DNA from: Thermoprotei archaeon
GTDB lineage: Archaea > Thermoproteota > Thermoprotei > Thermoproteales > B15-G16
Assembly (NCBI GenBank): GCA_003649205.1
Contig: QMRC01000003.1
Coordinates: forward strand, 160,001-224,000
Direction: 5' to 3'
Length of the DNA stretch: 64,000 nucleotides
The translations under genes and the position numbers were made by a program. The first letter of the stretch is position 1, and the number at the start of each line of letters is the position of its first letter. Shown one piece after another: positions 20,444 to 31,201 of the stretch. The notes under the pieces were generated by a model. That model ran no database searches. It was not told where the DNA came from and saw nothing but the letters and a program-made list of their open reading frames with translations.

Positions 20444-20487
20444 CGCAGTTACCCTTCAGAGCTTGCTCAATGTCGTAATGTGAGTAC

Positions 20488-21843
20488 CTAATAAACCTTA
20501 TCTAATATACAAAACCACTTAACGACAGGACAGTGGTGTATCCACGGGTGCTCCAACCCAGATCGCTCCAGTGGCTTAGTTAAGTGTCTATGTGCTCTCT
20601 TACTTGCTACCCACGTACCACATACCTCATCACCAACGTAATTGAGAGACTTGATCTTGATGCTGCTGATTCTGAAGCCACATCTACGACACTTAACACC
20701 ACCTCTAGCACCAAGAGAGGTCATTGTCTTACCACATCGTGGACATGGTACATTACCCTCAACAACCCTAGGAGTAGACTTCTCAACGATGATCTTCTCG
20801 ACATTTAAAGTCAACTTACCACCAGGTAGTGGTCTCACACCACCCATAACATACACCACATCACCTGGACGTAACTTGAGCGCCATACTCCTCAAGATAC
20901 CTGTCTCCCGATATACAGAACACTCAACAACGCGACCATCTACAGCTACCTTGAGAATAACGTGAGATCCAGGTAGTACCCTCGGTACATCAATTACTAC
21001 TCCACGTACTGTAATGGAGTCGTAGGGATGTACTGAGGTAGTTAGGTTACAGAGATGAGCATCAGTACCTTGATTAGTCCTAAAGAGACACCAACCATAT
21101 ACCTCCTCCTCAACACGTATGTACTTCAGGGAGTGAATCAGCACTAGAGGATCCTCACCTCTAACACCATAGAGAACAGGATCAGGACCATGAGGAGTAA
21201 TCAGCACTCTTTCACCCTCCTCATCAACATTATTGAACGTCAGAAACTTAGTAACCTCATCAAACTCGAGAACAGACTCAAACACGACTTTCCTCTCAAG
21301 ACCCCAATTCTCAGGACTACGGTATACAAGGAACTCATAGGTAAAGTCCTCCATATCGTACGCACCAACAGCAGCTAAAGCACCGATTAACCCTCTCAAC
21401 TTACCCCTCTTGACGGATACAACACGTATAGGAACTCTACTCAAGATCCTCTCAACAACACTAAGCGGAACAACAGTGTACAGCGCCCTACGGTATAACC
21501 ACTTAACATCCTCAGGAACTGGATCGGGAATGAGAACAGCAGTAGGAGCAGACTTACCATGTTCAACATCCGAGAACTCGCGAAGAGCCCCATCAACAAC
21601 ATCAACTACCCTATCGAGATCACCTGGCTCAACCTCTACCGTAAGAGCAACAGCACCATTACCTCTAGTCTTCCAAGGAATATTCGGATTCAACCTAACT
21701 AACCTAGGAACCTCAGCAAATACAACGCCAATATCCACTAACCTACGACATAAATTGAGAGCTACATAGGTCGTACAACCAGCTCTAGGAGAATCAGTAT
21801 CATCAAGACCTATGTGAATCCTCAATCTCTCCATAATCTCCAC
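20488..21843 (-). CDS. tiaS: tRNA(Ile2) agmatidine synthetase
   Basis: GLDDTDS; CTT; LNPNIPWKTRGN; TNQGTD; C-terminal Zn ribbon. Confidence 0.95.
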   Translation of the reverse strand: MEIMERLRIHIGLDDTDSPRAGCTTYVALNLCRRLVDIGVVFAEVPRLVRLNPNIPWKTRGNGAVALTVEVEPGDLDRVVDVVDGALREFSDVEHGKSAPTAVLIPDPVPEDVKWLYRRALYTVVPLSVVERILSRVPIRVVSVKRGKLRGLIGALAAVGAYDMEDFTYEFLVYRSPENWGLERKVVFESVLEFDEVTKFLTFNNVDEEGERVLITPHGPDPVLYGVRGEDPLVLIHSLKYIRVEEEVYGWCLFRTNQGTDAHLCNLTTSVHPYDSITVRGVVIDVPRVLPGSHVILKVAVDGRVVECSVYRETGILRSMALKLRPGDVVYVMGGVRPLPGGKLTLNVEKIIVEKSTPRVVEGNVPCPRCGKTMTSLGARGGVKCRRCGFRISSIKIKSLNYVGDEVCGTWVASKRAHRHLTKPLERSGLEHPWIHHCPVVKWFCILDKVY

Positions 21844-22354
21844 TACGATCTACAGACATCAATTTCTTCAGAATCTCATCCTCAGCACTTAAGTTACCAC
21901 GAGCATACTCATCTAGTAACTCCCTATTCAACTCAATGAAGTGAAGACCCCACTTAAACAACGACAGCACTCTCTCAGCGAGCTCTCTATACCCAAGAAT
22001 GTAGAGAGCAGCTGCAATAGCCTCAACACTACTGAGCCTATACGGTTTAGCGTAGTTCACCGGATTAGCAGCGAAGAGGAGCGGCAACCTCCTATGCACA
22101 CCTCTCAACCTTCTCTTAAACACCTCTTCTGCTCTTTTCCAGGAGCAATCAACTACAACAATACCGTACTTCTCAGCTATAGATACATCACTTGGCGTCA
22201 ACACAGTCCTAGCATATGGATTGAGTACTATAGCTCTCGGAGGGTAATCATGTACCGAGAATACTCGCTCTGCTAGACCTTTCCTCGCTAACTTAATCCC
22301 TGTGCACTTACCTGGATCACAATGCCTCCAATCTAGGACGTATATCTTGATCAT
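21803..22354 (-). CDS. tsr3: 16S rRNA aminocarboxypropyltransferase
   Basis: CDPGKC; VDCSW; RRLP.L.AANPVNY; LSSVEA. Confidence 0.95.
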   Translation of the reverse strand: MIKIYVLDWRHCDPGKCTGIKLARKGLAERVFSVHDYPPRAIVLNPYARTVLTPSDVSIAEKYGIVVVDCSWKRAEEVFKRRLRGVHRRLPLLFAANPVNYAKPYRLSSVEAIAAALYILGYRELAERVLSLFKWGLHFIELNRELLDEYARGNLSAEDEILKKLMSVDRSGDYGEIEDSHRS

Positions 22355-22377
22355 GAGTTATCACGAAGTACTAATTT

Positions 22378-22716
22378 GAGCGCCCTAGGGCCGGTAGTAG
22401 CCCACCTTCTGTCTTGCGGGATTAGTCTCAGGGCCCACCCGGGCCTTCGTGCGGGGACCTCATCGGCCCCTATTTGGCCCTTTTGCCGTGGGCTGGTCGT
22501 CTCACCCTCCTCCCACCATTGTCAGTGGTTAGGACCGCGTTACCGCGGTCCATCCCACCTCATCCACATCCAGTGGGAGGGGTCTCGTTTCTGTACCCTA
22601 TCCCGGAGATTTCCCCCGGCGGCTTACGCCGCCACGGCCCCCGCTACCTGGTGGAGCTTCCTCAGGGGGCCCGTCGCCGGAGCCCCCCGACGCCCGCTAC
22701 CGGCCCTAGGGCGCCC
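22378..22716 (-). ncRNA. rnpB: RNase P RNA
   Basis: GC-rich; long terminal helix; GAGGAAGCTCC, ACAGAAAC and AGACAGAAGGTGGGCTAC conserved regions. Confidence 0.95.
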
Positions 22717-22737
22717 AGATTGAGTAGTTACTTAGGA

Positions 22738-22745
22738 TTTATAAA
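22738..22745. promoter_or_regulatory. TATA box for rnpB (palindromic, possibly bidirectional)
   Basis: TTTATAAA about 22-30 nt upstream of the rnpB 5' end. Confidence 0.65.
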
Positions 22746-22810
22746 TCTATGTACTACAGCTAACTATGTGAATGAGGGAATAGTTCAAGAGTAACCCACT
22801 AACTCTTCTG

Positions 22811-23758
22811 GTGATGTGTGAGGGATCTACCTTGTCAATACCAGCTATTGAACCATCCCACATCTATAAGAAGTTAAGTAAGGTGCTAAAGTTCAGTGAA
22901 ATTATCTGGTATCTCAATAATGTACTGAAGATAGTTGACATGTCTCTTCATACATACAGGTACAGATACAAAGTACTTACAGATCCTGCTAAACATGTTT
23001 ATGTAATAGTTTTTGAGGATGAGTCAGGTAACGTAGTATTCGTGGATATTACTTCGTGTGAAGACCCTAGACCATACCTAGAACACCTAGCTCTTCCCAG
23101 TACCGTGATTGAGAAGTACTATGATTTGTGGAAGAGAGCTAGAGATTATGTAGAGACCATGAGTAGGACCATAGCATTCAAGCCGCTAAAACCCTTCGAT
23201 ATGAGAGACCTAGAGATTGCTATGGCAGCTGTGAAAGAGGTATTTCCAAGATTCATAATTAAGGAGTTAGAACCTATGGAGATGCCCAGTGAAGCATATG
23301 ATCCAGGTAGGAATCAGTATAGAGCTGAGATCGTCTTGGATGCTCTCGAAAAGGTGAAGAGAGATATTAGTTGTGATTTCCTCATAGGGTTCACCTCTGC
23401 AGATATCTACAGTGGAAACCTGAACTTCGTCTTTAGCCTTCAGAATAAACCCATTGAACCATCTATAGCGGTATTCTCAACAGCTAGACTACACAATAGC
23501 TTCTACGGTGCAGAGGAAGTACCGGAAGTGACTAGGGAGAGAATAAGGAAGCAGCTTCTGCACATAGTATACCACCACCTTGGACTACCTGATTGTCCCA
23601 ATAGTCGTTGTGTAATGGCTTACGTCAATTCAGTAATGGATGTTGACTCAAAGACTATGGATCTGTGTAGTCTCTGTAAAGCACTCCTCATCAAGAACTA
23701 CATGTACAAAATCCTTGTGGGTGAGAGCAGAGTCCTCGGTGAGCAGTACATAATGTAA
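22811..23758 (+). CDS. Archaemetzincin-like protein with degenerate active site and N-terminal extension
   Basis: AYDPGRNQY.AE; DIY..LNFVF; STARL; HIVYHHLGLPDC..CVM. Confidence 0.75.
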   Translation: MMCEGSTLSIPAIEPSHIYKKLSKVLKFSEIIWYLNNVLKIVDMSLHTYRYRYKVLTDPAKHVYVIVFEDESGNVVFVDITSCEDPRPYLEHLALPSTVIEKYYDLWKRARDYVETMSRTIAFKPLKPFDMRDLEIAMAAVKEVFPRFIIKELEPMEMPSEAYDPGRNQYRAEIVLDALEKVKRDISCDFLIGFTSADIYSGNLNFVFSLQNKPIEPSIAVFSTARLHNSFYGAEEVPEVTRERIRKQLLHIVYHHLGLPDCPNSRCVMAYVNSVMDVDSKTMDLCSLCKALLIKNYMYKILVGESRVLGEQYIM

Positions 23759-23827
23759 TGTGTGAATTTGTAGTATAGTATTTGGTGAAGTAGCTGAAGT
23801 GTTTACATTAGGTTGATGTAGCAGTAC

Positions 23828-26800
23828 TTAACCACTCTGCTTGCTAGACAGTAAGCTATCAGCGAGTAGGTACAGTACGTACAGTGCCTTCACCCTATTA
23901 GCAAGATATCTCTCCACTAGTTCTCGTTCATTCCGTGTTAATTCGCTTCTCCTCTCCTGTGTGAGCTTCGTGAGTACGCTATGTACCGTCTCTATACTTG
24001 GCTCTAGTGAAAGCTCTAACTCAGGTACCTTAAGCTCCTCAATTATCGTAGGTACTGAAGTAGGTTCAATACCTGCGTTCCTCAGATGCTCATACACATC
24101 AACTCCATGCTCCTTAACTAGCTTCACCAATCTCTTCAATTGGACTACCTCAAGTTCTCTAGCTACGACATCTCTACCTGGTACAAGTAGTCGATAACCA
24201 TCGTAGTACACGTACTCCTCTAGCTCTACCTCAAGTAGTCTCAACACTTCAGGTGGCTTCACAAAGGTCGTGCCGTAACACGTCTCTACTACAGTCCTCA
24301 CTTCATCACCATCAAAGTAAGCTATGGCAACCAGGTACCTAGGGAACCTAACCCTCTCCTCAGGTAGCTCATGAATAAGTAGGTCAAAGGTAACTAACTT
24401 CAACCCTCTGCTAGGTCTTGGAATTGTGATTTCTCTTCCTCTAAGTACTGCTCTGAGTCTATGCCTTAGCTCAAGATAGTCTATTACTCTCTTCGCAGCT
24501 TCCCTAACTACCTCCCAGCTACAGTTCAGAGATATGAAATCAGAGTAAGCTACCTCATCAACTTGACTAAGTAGTACTAGATCCAGGTCATCAGGTACAT
24601 AGCTATCAACTAGTTTACGTATACTTGACCAGTCAAGTAGCTGAAGTACTCCAGAGGCTTCAGGTTCATGTAGCTCGATGAACTTCTTCTCACCAACCTT
24701 CTCCACTCCATACAGTATGGTTTCAAGAGGTATACCGAGTACTCTCCTCAAAATAATCGTTATGTATGCTAGCCCTAGCCTAAGTAGTACAGGATCTTCC
24801 CTCTCATCAACCTCCACGAGAATACCGTATGTGTAGTCACGGTACTCACCTACACAGAGTGAAGGTACGTAGATTGCTCGTCTTGAGTACGTAACTACAT
24901 GCCTATTCTGAACCTGAATTATCTTCGGCTTCTCAGAGGTGATGATCCATACTACACGGTTAGGTAACTTCCTCAGTAATCCAAATCCCATTCTAGGTGG
25001 ATACACAACACAATGTACCTGTGAAGTTATCTTTCCCTTAACCACATCACGTAGGAAATTAGGCTCCTCACCCCACTCCCTCTTCACAAGAATGTACTCT
25101 TCATAGGCATCAGCTAGCACATCACTCTCATAGAAGTTAATGCAGTTCAAAGGTTGCTCGAGAACAGCAGTTACAGACCTACCTCTCTTACTCAGCTTCA
25201 GATCAGTCACCATAGCTAGATTAGCAACGTCAATACACCCTACCTGAAATCTCTCAACAAGATCACACCTACCGATTGGTTCTAGAACCTTTACCTCAGT
25301 TCCATCACTGAGATACCTCTTAACACCGTAAGGTGGTCCAAATTCGTAGAAGTTAATCCTCTCCCAAATGTACTTAATCAACCTCTCATTAATCTCCTTC
25401 TCACCACGTAACACACCTAAGTCCTTGAGTAACTTCACCTCATCATCACTTAGAGGAACCCTCATCCAGGGTGATAACAACTTAGCCAATGCTAGAAATA
25501 GCTTCACATAGTCGTTACTGGGATTCACCAAGGTCTTCTCCAGTGGTAGCTTAAGCCACTTCTCAAGTACTTCACTACCCTTAGTCAGTAACTCCCAATC
25601 CCACCTAGATGAGGGTATGATCAATGTCTCAGTAAACGGAATGTCTCTCCTACGACCCTTCCTCCCCTCCCTCTGATAGAACTCCCTAACATCTTCAGGA
25701 AGACCAACGTGAACAACCCTAACTACGGTACCTATGTCAATACCTTGAGTAAGTGTACGAGGACTAACGATTACCTTAACTAAGCCCTTCCTAGCTCTCT
25801 CCTCAATCTCCTCACGAACCTTCTTAGGAACTAAGTGATGGTGAGTAGCTACCAGCTCACCCTTATCACCAAGTGAACTCTTTAACTTCCTAGCAATATC
25901 CTCAGCTCTAGCAATACTCCTAGTGAAGACTAAGGTAACACCATCATCCTCCACATATCTTTGCAATATCTCACATAGGTCAATACCTAAGGTAGGTACT
26001 TCAAACCCGAGAGCACTTAAGTAAGCAAGTACCCTATGTGGATTCCTACGGAACTTCTCAAAGTCCTTAAGTGCTTCAAGTACCTCTCCATCAATGTCAC
26101 CTCTCGTAGCTAACTTACTGTACAGATCACTTAACTTCCTCCAAATACCCTCTAAGTTCTTACCGAGAACTACGTAGGTGAAGTTCTTGACATGAAACGG
26201 CTTACCCTCAACAACTCTGTAATCTCTTCCAGTTACTTCACGTAGGTACTGTCCTATGTCATCTGGATTAGCTAGAGTAGCCGTCAAGATAACGACCTGT
26301 GGCTTCACCTCACTAAACATTGAAATTACACGAAGCATAGCAAGTAGTAGAGCTAAGCTCCTAGGACCGTAGAAGTCCAGCTCATCGATAACTACTAGAT
26401 CTAGTTTCCTGAAGAAATGGTAGAGGTATGGTCTTGAGGGATTGAGTACAAGTTTCTTAACCTCATGAAGAAGATACGCAGGATTAGTGATCACCAAATT
26501 AGCTGTACTCACTTCACGTCTCAAACCATGAGAACCTAACTTCTTGATCAATTCATCTCTTCTAGGAGCATCTAGTTGGAGAACCTTAATACCAACAGCT
26601 CTAGCATAACGCTCAATTCTCCTAATCTGATCATTTGCTAGAGCTAGAGTAGGGTATAGAGCAATTGCTCTGAGACCACCCTCCTTAGCTCTACGTAGGA
26701 AGTACATGACCCAAGCCTCAGTCTTCCCAGATCCAGTACCTGATTTCAATATGACGTTGTAGCCCTGCTCCAAGTAGTTCAAGGCCTCCCACTGATGCCT

Positions 26801-27022
26801 ATACAGCCTCTCATACGCAAGCTCACGAGTTTCTGGACAACTACTGAGTTCATGTACTAAGTCACAGAACTTAACATCTACTCTCTCAGGTTCCTCACCT
26901 TCAGTAACGTAGGTACTGAAGCTGTACCCTAACTCCCTGAGAAAAGCCTCACTGCGAACTACATGCACTAAGTAGTCACCACAGTAAAGTTGCTCAATGA
27001 GGGAGATAAACGTTGAGGACAT
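23828..27022 (-). CDS. SF2 helicase (Hrq1/MrfA-like)
   Basis: LYRHQ; GTGSGKT; YPTLALANDQ; IDELD; TATL; QREGRKGR. Confidence 0.88.
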   Translation of the reverse strand: MSSTFISLIEQLYCGDYLVHVVRSEAFLRELGYSFSTYVTEGEEPERVDVKFCDLVHELSSCPETRELAYERLYRHQWEALNYLEQGYNVILKSGTGSGKTEAWVMYFLRRAKEGGLRAIALYPTLALANDQIRRIERYARAVGIKVLQLDAPRRDELIKKLGSHGLRREVSTANLVITNPAYLLHEVKKLVLNPSRPYLYHFFRKLDLVVIDELDFYGPRSLALLLAMLRVISMFSEVKPQVVILTATLANPDDIGQYLREVTGRDYRVVEGKPFHVKNFTYVVLGKNLEGIWRKLSDLYSKLATRGDIDGEVLEALKDFEKFRRNPHRVLAYLSALGFEVPTLGIDLCEILQRYVEDDGVTLVFTRSIARAEDIARKLKSSLGDKGELVATHHHLVPKKVREEIEERARKGLVKVIVSPRTLTQGIDIGTVVRVVHVGLPEDVREFYQREGRKGRRRDIPFTETLIIPSSRWDWELLTKGSEVLEKWLKLPLEKTLVNPSNDYVKLFLALAKLLSPWMRVPLSDDEVKLLKDLGVLRGEKEINERLIKYIWERINFYEFGPPYGVKRYLSDGTEVKVLEPIGRCDLVERFQVGCIDVANLAMVTDLKLSKRGRSVTAVLEQPLNCINFYESDVLADAYEEYILVKREWGEEPNFLRDVVKGKITSQVHCVVYPPRMGFGLLRKLPNRVVWIITSEKPKIIQVQNRHVVTYSRRAIYVPSLCVGEYRDYTYGILVEVDEREDPVLLRLGLAYITIILRRVLGIPLETILYGVEKVGEKKFIELHEPEASGVLQLLDWSSIRKLVDSYVPDDLDLVLLSQVDEVAYSDFISLNCSWEVVREAAKRVIDYLELRHRLRAVLRGREITIPRPSRGLKLVTFDLLIHELPEERVRFPRYLVAIAYFDGDEVRTVVETCYGTTFVKPPEVLRLLEVELEEYVYYDGYRLLVPGRDVVARELEVVQLKRLVKLVKEHGVDVYEHLRNAGIEPTSVPTIIEELKVPELELSLEPSIETVHSVLTKLTQERRSELTRNERELVERYLANRVKALYVLYLLADSLLSSKQSG

Positions 27023-27761
27023 GAGAGAAACCTACTAACATCCTGATCTCAGTAATCACATCACTAGACCTCTCAACATAACCAACTGGTAAGTTAACGA
27101 AGTTACCACCTGAAGTAATGAGTAGATTCAGGAATGTCAAGTTCAGAGCTGATGCTAGCGGATTATTACTCAAAGAAAAACCAACAATATTACCCCACAG
27201 AACACGTCTACATCGAAACATCGTGAAATCTCTCATCACGAGAACAAAGTACCTAGATACCACGTACCTCGTACAGTAGCTAGTGACCAACCTGTACCCC
27301 GCATAGAGGAGACCAACAGTAAATAGCATCAGGAGGAAGATGTTGAATACAGTGAGTAAGGTAGTGAGTACTAGAGCTAGTAGCGTGAGCACAATAACTA
27401 AGTAGGGTAAGCACCTAGGCTTAATCACTATGATAGGTTCCACACCCCTTAGGTAAGGTATCGTAGTAGCGAGAACAGACCTAAAGCTCCTAAACATCTC
27501 GAGTGCTAACCTACCTAGCGGTGTAAGCCTATAACCACCACTATGAGGATCCCTATCAATGAGCATCCTCATCCTAGATAGGTGATAGTTAAGCGTACTA
27601 CTATCACGAATACCACACCTCCTAAGTAATTCACCTGGTGACACGCACCCACCATCAGCAATAACCTCCAGTATCTTCCTCCTCTGAGAACTACCTAGAG
27701 CAGAGAACACGTAATCCATTAAGTCATCTAACTTCACATACTCATCACTACGAGTAGACAT
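26994..27761 (-). CDS. ArsR-like wHTH fused to a membrane domain
   Basis: FSAL...RRKIL; LNYHL; YRLTPLG followed by two TM helices. Confidence 0.75.
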   Translation of the reverse strand: MSTRSDEYVKLDDLMDYVFSALGSSQRRKILEVIADGGCVSPGELLRRCGIRDSSTLNYHLSRMRMLIDRDPHSGGYRLTPLGRLALEMFRSFRSVLATTIPYLRGVEPIIVIKPRCLPYLVIVLTLLALVLTTLLTVFNIFLLMLFTVGLLYAGYRLVTSYCTRYVVSRYFVLVMRDFTMFRCRRVLWGNIVGFSLSNNPLASALNLTFLNLLITSGGNFVNLPVGYVERSSDVITEIRMLVGFSHVLNVYLPH

Positions 27762-28437
27762 ACCGGCACCTACGCCTCCACAGTACGTCGATTACAAAGA
27801 GAGCTATAGCCACTACTGAAGTAACTGCAAGTGAGCTTACAAACATCACCAGGTCACGTGGAGTAGCACCAACGTTCACATCAACGTTCATACTCAAGAC
27901 ACATACCTCCCTAGGTACCTTAGGTTTTGGCTCAAAGTCCTCAATATACACTACAATGTATGAGCTATTGCTGATCAGTACCCTTAAGGTAGCTACATTA
28001 CCATTGAAGTAACTACGACCAATGAGGTAACTAAGTAGCTTTCTGTAAAGGATCTTAGCTTCTTCACCACTCACAACACCTTCCCCTTCCCTCAATTGAG
28101 TTACATTGAAGAATTTCAACGCAACGTCTGAGGGAAGCAATGCTATGAACCCACTAACATTTGGTCTCCACCACCTAAATCCCTCAGGAGATCGACACCC
28201 TACACCAATCCCAACTCTAACCTCTACCAATCGTGAGAGGTATTTAGGTACATCAATGTATTGTACACCACATACTAGAATAGGAGGTAGTTTGTACCTA
28301 CTCAGGTTTATGCTAGTTCCTGTCGATATGTGCATTGGGTATGGAGGTATGAAGTAACCGAAGTACTGCGGAACATAGGTTATAGCTATGATCGCTGTTA
28401 TTACTAAGAGTATACAGGACAAAGCCTTCAACATCAC
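27748..28437 (-). CDS. Membrane-anchored hypothetical protein
   Basis: N- and C-terminal hydrophobic helices; overlaps both neighbours. Confidence 0.6.
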   Translation of the reverse strand: MMLKALSCILLVITAIIAITYVPQYFGYFIPPYPMHISTGTSINLSRYKLPPILVCGVQYIDVPKYLSRLVEVRVGIGVGCRSPEGFRWWRPNVSGFIALLPSDVALKFFNVTQLREGEGVVSGEEAKILYRKLLSYLIGRSYFNGNVATLRVLISNSSYIVVYIEDFEPKPKVPREVCVLSMNVDVNVGATPRDLVMFVSSLAVTSVVAIALFVIDVLWRRRCRYVYS

Positions 28438-29339
28438 TTAACCACCTCCAATCTCCTAGCAACTAGGTACAGAGCAGATAGCACAAGTAAAGTAAGCAAG
28501 ATCATGGGTACAATGATGAAGAGGTTACTAGCTGCAGTACTCATGGGTATTGATATGCATGCAAGTCCTCTACACCTAACACCACTAAACTTCAGACCTA
28601 GTACGTTACATAGTACGTAGTAAGCTAGTGCCTCATCTATGGGGAGTGCTGATGTCGAGATAGTTAGCTTGAGATCTACTTCAGGTAATGCCGTAGTGTA
28701 GAGAGCCCACACGTACCTCGAAACTACGTAGTGAAGTAGGCATACTCCAAGGGCTGTGTACTTCCTTAAACTTTCACGTTGTTCACTCAGTAACATCATG
28801 ATGATTAGTGATAGCGATGTGTAGAGCAGTGCTTCCACTATGATCACTGTGTACTTGATAGCTATGTAGTTCAGTACCATCACCATGTAGTTACCGAGCA
28901 CTAACCAGAATGGAGTCACTACTGCGCACACGTACGCTATGGTGTACGTAATCAGTACGTCTAGATAGGTTGTGACTCCAATGAACCTTCTCGTGTACGG
29001 TAGTGAGAGTAGGAGTGCTCTTAAGTCATTTACCTCACCTGTTGTTGTTACGTAGGTCTCAGCTATGTACCATGAGTAAACCATCACGAGCATTGGCGTC
29101 ATGACGTCTACGAGTATGTACTTAAGAGCATCCACTACAGGCTGTGTTGAGAATATCGATGTCACTGTGTAGAGGGGGACAGCTACCGTGAATACAGCAA
29201 GAGCAAGACCGAGGATTATGAGATCTCCCGTACATACAGTGTTCCTGAACACAACTACGTAGATCATCTGCTTCAGGTACTGTCTAAGTGAGGTCCTCAT
29301 AGACATACTAACCACCAACTGCTCTAACATATAGCTCAC
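28434..29339 (-). CDS. ABC-2-type exporter permease (putative)
   Basis: About 6 TM helices; LLSLP.TR; follows an ABC ATPase. Confidence 0.7.
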   Translation of the reverse strand: MSYMLEQLVVSMSMRTSLRQYLKQMIYVVVFRNTVCTGDLIILGLALAVFTVAVPLYTVTSIFSTQPVVDALKYILVDVMTPMLVMVYSWYIAETYVTTTGEVNDLRALLLSLPYTRRFIGVTTYLDVLITYTIAYVCAVVTPFWLVLGNYMVMVLNYIAIKYTVIIVEALLYTSLSLIIMMLLSEQRESLRKYTALGVCLLHYVVSRYVWALYTTALPEVDLKLTISTSALPIDEALAYYVLCNVLGLKFSGVRCRGLACISIPMSTAASNLFIIVPMILLTLLVLSALYLVARRLEVVK

Positions 29340-30249
29340 TAAGGTTGTGGAACAGGTACGTTATCTTCCTAATACCGAATTCACGTAGCTTACTCACGAC
29401 CTGATCCAAGTACCTAGGATCAACAATGAACGTGATACCCTCTCTATCCACAACCGTACCAGATACTCCCTGTAACCTACCTACCTCATCACACAACTTC
29501 CTCACATCTAGATCACGTGTAACAGCTACACACACCCTAACACTCAACCCCAATCTTCTACACACATCCACTACACTACCGCTACACATAGCAAGACCTC
29601 TACATAGAACAACAACGTAGTTACAGATGTACTCAAGTTCAGGTAGTATGTGACTAGCAATCAGGACATCCACACCGAAATCCTCGTGAAGTTCCCTAAG
29701 GTACCTCAAGATCTTGATCCTCATACCTGGATCAACGTGAGTAAGAGGCTCATCGAGAATTAGTACCTGTGGCGAACCCATGAGAGTACAGGCAAGAGAA
29801 ATCCTCTGAATAACACCACGTGAGAGAGTAGATATCCTAGCACCTAAGTACTTCTCCAACTCAAGTAACTGAACAACATTCCTAACTTCACCCTCCCTAA
29901 CACCCCTCAACCTAGCATAGAACCTAAGTACCTCCCAACAAGTAGCCTTAAGTGGAAAAACAGGAACCTCAGGTAGATAACCAAGATACCTCCTCAGCAC
30001 ATATCCTTCCTCCCAAGGATCATAGTCGAGAACACGAACAGTACCAAAATCAGGCCTCAATTGACCAACGAGAATCCTCAGCAAAGTAGTCTTACCAACA
30101 CCATTAGGACCAATAATACCGACGATCACACCCCTAGGCACAGAAAAGGTTACACCACGAAGAGCTTGCACCGAACCGAAGGACTTACACACATTCCTCA
30201 CATCAATAAAATTTCCCAACCACACCACCTCACATAGAAGGAAACTCAA
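29308..30249 (-). CDS. ABC exporter ATPase
   Basis: GPNGVGKT; LSRG; ILDEP; SHIL. Confidence 0.92.
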   Translation of the reverse strand: MSFLLCEVVWLGNFIDVRNVCKSFGSVQALRGVTFSVPRGVIVGIIGPNGVGKTTLLRILVGQLRPDFGTVRVLDYDPWEEGYVLRRYLGYLPEVPVFPLKATCWEVLRFYARLRGVREGEVRNVVQLLELEKYLGARISTLSRGVIQRISLACTLMGSPQVLILDEPLTHVDPGMRIKILRYLRELHEDFGVDVLIASHILPELEYICNYVVVLCRGLAMCSGSVVDVCRRLGLSVRVCVAVTRDLDVRKLCDEVGRLQGVSGTVVDREGITFIVDPRYLDQVVSKLREFGIRKITYLFHNLSELYVRAVGG

Positions 30250-30334
30250 CTAAGTAAAATCCTCCTTAAAAAGAATAACTACTGAGGATAACTGGAGAGA
30301 AATCCACAAATACCTACCCCAAGGAAGATACCAC

Positions 30335-31201
30335 GTGAGCACCCTAATCAAAAACCTCCAAGGCCTACTAGTCTACATAGCCGTGGCATATACCATAGCA
30401 TACCTCATGGACATCCCTGTAATTCTCAAGATAGTGGAGATGAAGTACGTACCCCTCATCCTCGCAGCTAGAATGTACGCACCATTCCTAGCAGTTATAA
30501 CAGTGATCGTACTCACTAGGAAACCAATCCTTAGAGAATTAAAGGAGTTAGGTATTCGGTTAAGCACGAAGAATCTGAAGTACTTCTTCATAGGTGCTGG
30601 AGTGCCTTACGCCGTATATGCACTAGGTACACTCTATGCGTACCTACTTGGATTTAGAGTAGTGAATCCAATAGCTGAGCTACCTCTAGCTAAGATGTTC
30701 GGTCCTATCACCGTACTCATAACTACACTAGTTGGAACATATGTAGCCGCCATAACGATCAATACAGCTTTTGCACTTGGTGAAGAAATTGGATGGAGAG
30801 GGTATCTCTACATACTACTCAGACCTAAATTCGGAACTACTCTCTCATCGATCATCATTGGAACTATATGGGCACTATGGCACGCCCCCCTCATACTGTT
30901 CCTAGGTTACAACTACCCACATCACAGAGATATCGTGGGATTAGGTATGTTCATACTCATCTGCTCCGTATGGAGCTACATAATGCTGTACCTAAGAGAG
31001 GTTAGTGGTAGCGTTCTTCCAGCCGCTACTATGCATGGAGCTATAAATGCACTAGCTGGATTAATGAAGCTTACAGTGGACATAGAGGATGAGCTGTACT
31101 CAATGCCTGTCGGTATGTTGTCACTACTAGCCTCGCTAACCGTGGCTATAATCGTAGCTACAATACCTCGTACTAAGGTATTGACCTCCTCCTCAAAATG
31201 A
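30335..31201 (+). CDS. CPBP/CAAX (Abi) intramembrane protease
   Basis: GEEIGWRG; WALWH; HGAIN. Confidence 0.92.
   Translation: MSTLIKNLQGLLVYIAVAYTIAYLMDIPVILKIVEMKYVPLILAARMYAPFLAVITVIVLTRKPILRELKELGIRLSTKNLKYFFIGAGVPYAVYALGTLYAYLLGFRVVNPIAELPLAKMFGPITVLITTLVGTYVAAITINTAFALGEEIGWRGYLYILLRPKFGTTLSSIIIGTIWALWHAPLILFLGYNYPHHRDIVGLGMFILICSVWSYIMLYLREVSGSVLPAATMHGAINALAGLMKLTVDIEDELYSMPVGMLSLLASLTVAIIVATIPRTKVLTSSSK

Noticed and set aside
22376-22794. Two plus-strand ORFs (115 and 106 aa)
   Set aside because: Antisense shadows of the GC-rich RNase P RNA.
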